Shown here in pieces: positions 57,063-60,573 of a stretch of DNA of 60,573 bases (within the stretch, counting starts at the first letter, position 1; every line of letters begins with the position of its first letter). The notes beneath the pieces were generated by a model. The model saw nothing but the letters and a program-made list of their open reading frames with translations. It was not told where the DNA came from and made no database searches. Position numbers and translations under genes: made by a program. The stretch is from an uncultured Planctomycetaceae bacterium (GTDB lineage: Bacteria > Planctomycetota > Phycisphaerae > SM23-33). The stretch covers positions 1 through 60,573 of the forward strand of contig CAYQJH010000003.1 in NCBI GenBank assembly GCA_964417755.1. The letters run 5' to 3'.

Positions 57063-57145
57063 GGAAAGTCTCAAGTAATGCATCAATTATATCAAATACG
57101 TTGAGCTGATGGCATTGGCATGTCGGCTCCATCGTCTATGTCGTA

Positions 57146-57391
57146 AGCCCCAAAGGGGTGCAATGTGGAAGCCCAGGCCGGAGCAAAGCGGAGGCCTGGG
57201 TCAAGACGAACAGAGAACCAAGCCCCGAAGGGGCGAAATCAATCAACCGGAATATGGTAATTCTGCAAACAATACCGGGTTGATTCCGCCCTTTCAGGGC
57301 TTGTTCTTATCCAGGACTTTAACCCAGGCCTTCGCTGCGCCCTTCGGGCTGCGCTACGGCCCGGGCTTCCTTATTCCGCCCCCGTGGGGCT
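57146..57391. repeat. Composite ~246-bp inverted-repeat element (REP/MITE-like)
   Basis: The left arm AGCCCCAAAGGGGTGCAATGTGGAAGCCCAGGCCGGAGC..GGAGGCCTGGGT (57146-57201) mirrors the right arm (57322-57391). There is an inner pair AGCCCCGAAGGGGCGAAAT / ATTCCGCCCTTTCAGGGCT. Confidence 0.8.
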
Positions 57392-57455
57392 ATCACCATG
57401 CTGGGCTGATACATGCCCGCGCCACTGTTACGATGCACAATGCATAATGCGATTA

Positions 57456-59096
57456 TCATGCAGGCCGTTTCCTCAGTGCGCCAAAGAGTTCGCCCAGTTC
57501 CGGGCTGCGGAGCAGCCAGGCTGTCAGCACGAACACCCCGCCGCCGAAGGGGACGCAGAGGGCCACCGTCTTCCATGCCGCCACCGGGCCAAGCAGCCAT
57601 CGCAGTAAGTAGATGCTGCCAGCCATTGCTGCGCAGGATGCAAGCGTTCTGGCCACGCTCATCGCGAGCTTGCGCCCGCCGAACCGGCCGAGGCGCTTGC
57701 GCAGCATGGCTGCCAGCGTAAGGACGCTGATCGACATGGTGATCGCCGTCGATAGGCCCACGGCCCCCGAGCCGAGCCCGGGCACCCATATAAGCGTCAG
57801 CACCAGTACGATGTTCAGCACCGCCATCGCCGAGACCACCCGCAACGGCCGGTTGGGTTCCTTCAGCGCATAGAAGGACTTGAGGAATATCTGGAAGACG
57901 CAATACGCCCACATCCCCAGCACGTAAAGTTTGAGGATGAAAGCGGCGCTGGCGGCGTCGTCGAGCGTGAACTTGCGGCGGGCGTAGATCAGTTGCACGA
58001 TGGGCTCTGCCAGGACGAACAGGCCCACGCCGCTGGCCAGGCCCTCCATGAAGGCCAGCCGCAAGGCCCGGTTGATGCTTTCGCGCAGATTGGCCATATC
58101 GTTGCGGGCGGCATATCGGCTAAGCAGCGGAAAGACCGCCACGCCCAGCGATATCGCAAGCACGCCCATGGGGAACTGGTACAGTTGCCCAGCCGCGTAT
58201 ACGTGCGTCTGTGCGCCAGCCGGCAGCGGCAGCGTGTAGCTGTGGCCGAAGATGCTGCCGGTCATGACCGACTGCCCGGCGGAGAACGTCTTGATGATGA
58301 TGCTTTCCAGGAAGGACGAAATCTGCGGCAGGCTCATGCCAAGCAGCATCGAGGCCATCACCGGCAGCATGGTCCTGATGCCCGGCTCGACCGGCCGCAA
58401 CCGCCATCGCAGGCTAAAGCCCGTGCGCCTCAGCATCCACAACATGCTGGCCAGTTGTATCGCCCCAGCTATCAGCACGCTCATAGCCAGCGTGGTCAAC
58501 TGCTTGTCTATATTGCCGCTGAAGTAACTGCCGCCCCACCAGGCCGCCGCGATCATGCACACGTTGAGGATGATAGGCGCAGCGGCTGGGAACGAAAAAT
58601 GCCCGCGGCAGTTGAGCGCCCCAGCCCCCACGCCCAGCAGGCAGATTGTAATCGTGAAAGGCAGCATGATCGACGTGAGGGTCACCAGGCGGTTGGCGTC
58701 GTGGATTTCCATCGCCTGGCCGTGCCGGCGGCCATAGAAGTAGTACCACAGCAGCAAGCCCGCCCAGACCAGCAGCGTCAGGCCCATGAGGATCACCGTC
58801 AGCAGGCCCAGGACGTTTGCGACAAATCGCGAGGCGCTCTGCTGGCCCTCGTTCTTCTCCGTCTCGGCCAGCACCGGCACGAAGGCGGCTGAAAGAGCCC
58901 CCTCGCCAAAAAGCCGGCGGAAAAGATTCGGAATGCGGTACGCGACGATGAATGTGCCAGTGGCTTCGTTGGCCCCCAGCGACGTGACAGCCATGTCGCG
59001 CAGCATCCCCAGCAGGCGAGATACCAGCGTGATGCCGGCAATCAGCTTGGCGGCGCTGAAGAAGTGCTCACGTTCCTTGTGCTGTTTGTCATCCAT
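57456..59096 (-). CDS. murJ: Lipid II flippase MurJ (MviN)
   Basis: TLVSRLLGMLRD, AYRIPNLFRRLFGEGALSAAFVP, FSFPAAAPIILN, LYQFPMGVLAISLG.AVFP, FYALK. Confidence 0.95.
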   Translation of the reverse strand: MDDKQHKEREHFFSAAKLIAGITLVSRLLGMLRDMAVTSLGANEATGTFIVAYRIPNLFRRLFGEGALSAAFVPVLAETEKNEGQQSASRFVANVLGLLTVILMGLTLLVWAGLLLWYYFYGRRHGQAMEIHDANRLVTLTSIMLPFTITICLLGVGAGALNCRGHFSFPAAAPIILNVCMIAAAWWGGSYFSGNIDKQLTTLAMSVLIAGAIQLASMLWMLRRTGFSLRWRLRPVEPGIRTMLPVMASMLLGMSLPQISSFLESIIIKTFSAGQSVMTGSIFGHSYTLPLPAGAQTHVYAAGQLYQFPMGVLAISLGVAVFPLLSRYAARNDMANLRESINRALRLAFMEGLASGVGLFVLAEPIVQLIYARRKFTLDDAASAAFILKLYVLGMWAYCVFQIFLKSFYALKEPNRPLRVVSAMAVLNIVLVLTLIWVPGLGSGAVGLSTAITMSISVLTLAAMLRKRLGRFGGRKLAMSVARTLASCAAMAGSIYLLRWLLGPVAAWKTVALCVPFGGGVFVLTAWLLRSPELGELFGALRKRPA

Positions 59097-59232
59097 GATG
59101 GGCGAAGATTATGACGGCCCCGCCAAGCTAAAGCAATGGAGGCACATTTGTGCAGTAAGGCCCCAGTTACAGGAGGCAATTGTGGTGCCCTTCGACTTGG
59201 CTTGGGGCAGATCCTGATAATGCCAGGGATGT

Positions 59233-59254
59233 GCAGCGAGACGCCCGCACCACA
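59233..59254. repeat. REP-like copy (same family as 54242)
   Basis: GCAGCGAGACGCCCGCACCACA, followed by AAACGGCAACG. Confidence 0.7.
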
Positions 59255-59334
59255 AAACGGCAACGACCCGTCCATGTTTGCCCCCTGTAACTGAGCCTTG
59301 CGTGGTGAAGGCGTCAGCGTGGTTGCTCCGCTGC

Positions 59335-59374
59335 GCTTCGCAAACCACGGCACCAGCTTCGCAAACCACGGCAC
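59335..59374. repeat. 21-bp tandem duplication
   Basis: GCTTCGCAAACCACGGCAC occurs at 59335 and 59356. Confidence 0.8.
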
Positions 59375-59385
59375 TCAACTTCTCC

Positions 59386-60417
59386 TTAGTCTTCCAGTGC
59401 ATCCAAAATGGCGGCCGCCAGCCTCCCCAGGTCTGGCCCGGCGCTTAGGCGGAAGGTCTGGCAGGTCTTGATGAGCTGGGCCAATGTGCCGAAGGCTGCG
59501 CCGGCGGGGCCGTCGGCCTGCGGATCGATGGCGCGAACATTCTCGCGCGTCAGGCGCTCCAGGGCCTGAACCTTGTCCATTACCATAGTCTGATGGCCAT
59601 CCGCATTGGGCGGCTCCAGGAAGAAGATCGCCTTGGGGCAAGTGAGGACTTGCGGCGGCCGATGAATCGACGAGACATCCACGAGGTATTCATGGCCGGT
59701 GCTGGCCGGCCGGCGCGGCAGAGCCTTAAGGTGCGGCAGCATCGCCAGCGTCCGATCATCCACCTTGCAGGGCAGCCGCAGGCCCCATGATAGAAGACCC
59801 GTCGAGGACTGCTCAGCCGGCCCGGCGAATGACGTATCATCCGAAATCAGTTCCATGCCGCTATTGGCCAATGCAAGGGCGGTAGTCGTCTTGCCCCGGC
59901 CGCTGGCGCCCGAAAGAAGGATGCCGCGCCAGGCTTGCCCTTGCTGAATCGCCAGTTGTGCGGCGTGGATGACGTGCTGCCCGCAACGGCTGAGAATCTC
60001 GCACAGCATCGGCACGATGCAGGCGTGGTTGATGCACCACTGTGCCTCCGGCACCGCCAGTATCTCGGCTCGATGATCCGCAAAATTGATGTCCAGCCGG
60101 GCGTGGCCGTCAATAATAATCCGCCGGCCTTGCTGGGCAACGTGATACTGGACAGGCAGGCCATCGGCCAGCTTGCCCTGCCAGCGGAGCGTAAAACCGG
60201 CCTGGTCGGACTCTATCGCCTGCGCCGATGCCAGCGAAAGGCGAACGGCATATATCTGGGGAAATGAAAGACCGGTCGTCCAGGCGGCGGGCGGGTTTTG
60301 TCCGTCTTGTCCGCGGAACAGCCCAAGCACCTGATCCATCCGCTTCAGCAGGCTAGCCTCTGTGGCATGGGCCTCCAGAACCAGTCCGCGAAGGTAATAA
60401 GTGGCAGATGGATTCAT
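59386..60417 (-). CDS. HPr kinase-like P-loop protein
   Basis: 'GQHVIHAA...GILLSGASGRGKTTTALAL...ELISDD' is an HprK-type P-loop plus DD motif. The likely start is the ATG at 60417. Confidence 0.7.
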   Translation of the reverse strand: MNPSATYYLRGLVLEAHATEASLLKRMDQVLGLFRGQDGQNPPAAWTTGLSFPQIYAVRLSLASAQAIESDQAGFTLRWQGKLADGLPVQYHVAQQGRRIIIDGHARLDINFADHRAEILAVPEAQWCINHACIVPMLCEILSRCGQHVIHAAQLAIQQGQAWRGILLSGASGRGKTTTALALANSGMELISDDTSFAGPAEQSSTGLLSWGLRLPCKVDDRTLAMLPHLKALPRRPASTGHEYLVDVSSIHRPPQVLTCPKAIFFLEPPNADGHQTMVMDKVQALERLTRENVRAIDPQADGPAGAAFGTLAQLIKTCQTFRLSAGPDLGRLAAAILDALED

Positions 60418-60460
60418 GCAGCCCTGCCGTGCTGAAGGATACTCCGTCAAGGTCAGTGGG

Positions 60461-60571
60461 CTAGAAGGGGGCGCCGACTTCCTCGTCATCGCCGCCGCCG
60501 GAGGTGGTGACGTTGACGGCGTCGGCTTCGGTGATCTCAAGGGGTTGAGGGCTAGTCAAAAGAGATGGTTC
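60461..60571 (-). CDS. 3' end of an ORF running off the window; possible RiPP (lasso) precursor
   Basis: The open frame EPSLLTSPQPLEITEADAVNVTTSGGGDDEEVGAPF* stops 43 bp before the kinase-like gene. It is not in the ORF track. Confidence 0.4.
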   Translation of the reverse strand, partial: EPSLLTSPQPLEITEADAVNVTTSGGGDDEEVGAPF

Positions 60572-60573
60572 GT

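Noticed and set aside
59335-59374. Mini-CRISPR
   Set aside because: Only two 19-bp copies separated by 2 bp, so it is a simple tandem duplication.

Overview
GC-rich bacterial window, most likely from a Planctomycetota (Phycisphaerae-like) genome. This is inferred from the PEP-CTERM proteins, the ECF sigma/anti-sigma pair, the REP-like repeats and the PurS-fused PurL. From left to right it contains: (1) an ECF sigma/anti-sigma pair, a PEP-CTERM gene and a small mosaic of broken genes (2.9-4.4 kb); (2) a ~2770-aa secreted heparinase II/III-like protein on a stalk of cadherin-like Ig repeats alternating with an unnamed ~173-aa repeat; (3) a sigma54-controlled operon (M20 hydrolase, ackA, catalytically degenerate ackA paralogue) with its divergent V4R/XylR-type activator, -24/-12 promoter and palindromic enhancer; (4) two paralogous large exported proteins of unknown family; (5) a ~12-kb operon encoding a PspA/IM30 (ESCRT-III superfamily) protein, a classical-clade AAA+ ATPase, two coiled-coil proteins, a NitT/TauT ABC system with a membrane-anchored SBP-OmpA fusion, a vWA protein and an ABC exporter whose permease is fused to a CPBP protease; (6) a second giant secreted protein with a different N-terminal head, the same stalk repeats and a 388-bp 3' end identical to that of the first; (7) housekeeping genes (lipB-lipA fusion, gcvH, gcvT, AsmA-like, purQ, purL, nadA, murJ) interspersed with REP-like palindromes, two of which sit in frame inside lipA and purL; (8) an HPr-kinase-like gene preceded by a possible lasso-peptide precursor at the window edge. 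No rRNA, tRNA, CRISPR array or transposase was recognised. The best candidates for undescribed systems are the PspA + AAA ATPase + SBP-OmpA/vWA envelope operon and the pair of interchangeable-head, shared-stalk surface proteins. All family assignments come from motif recognition by eye, not from database searches.
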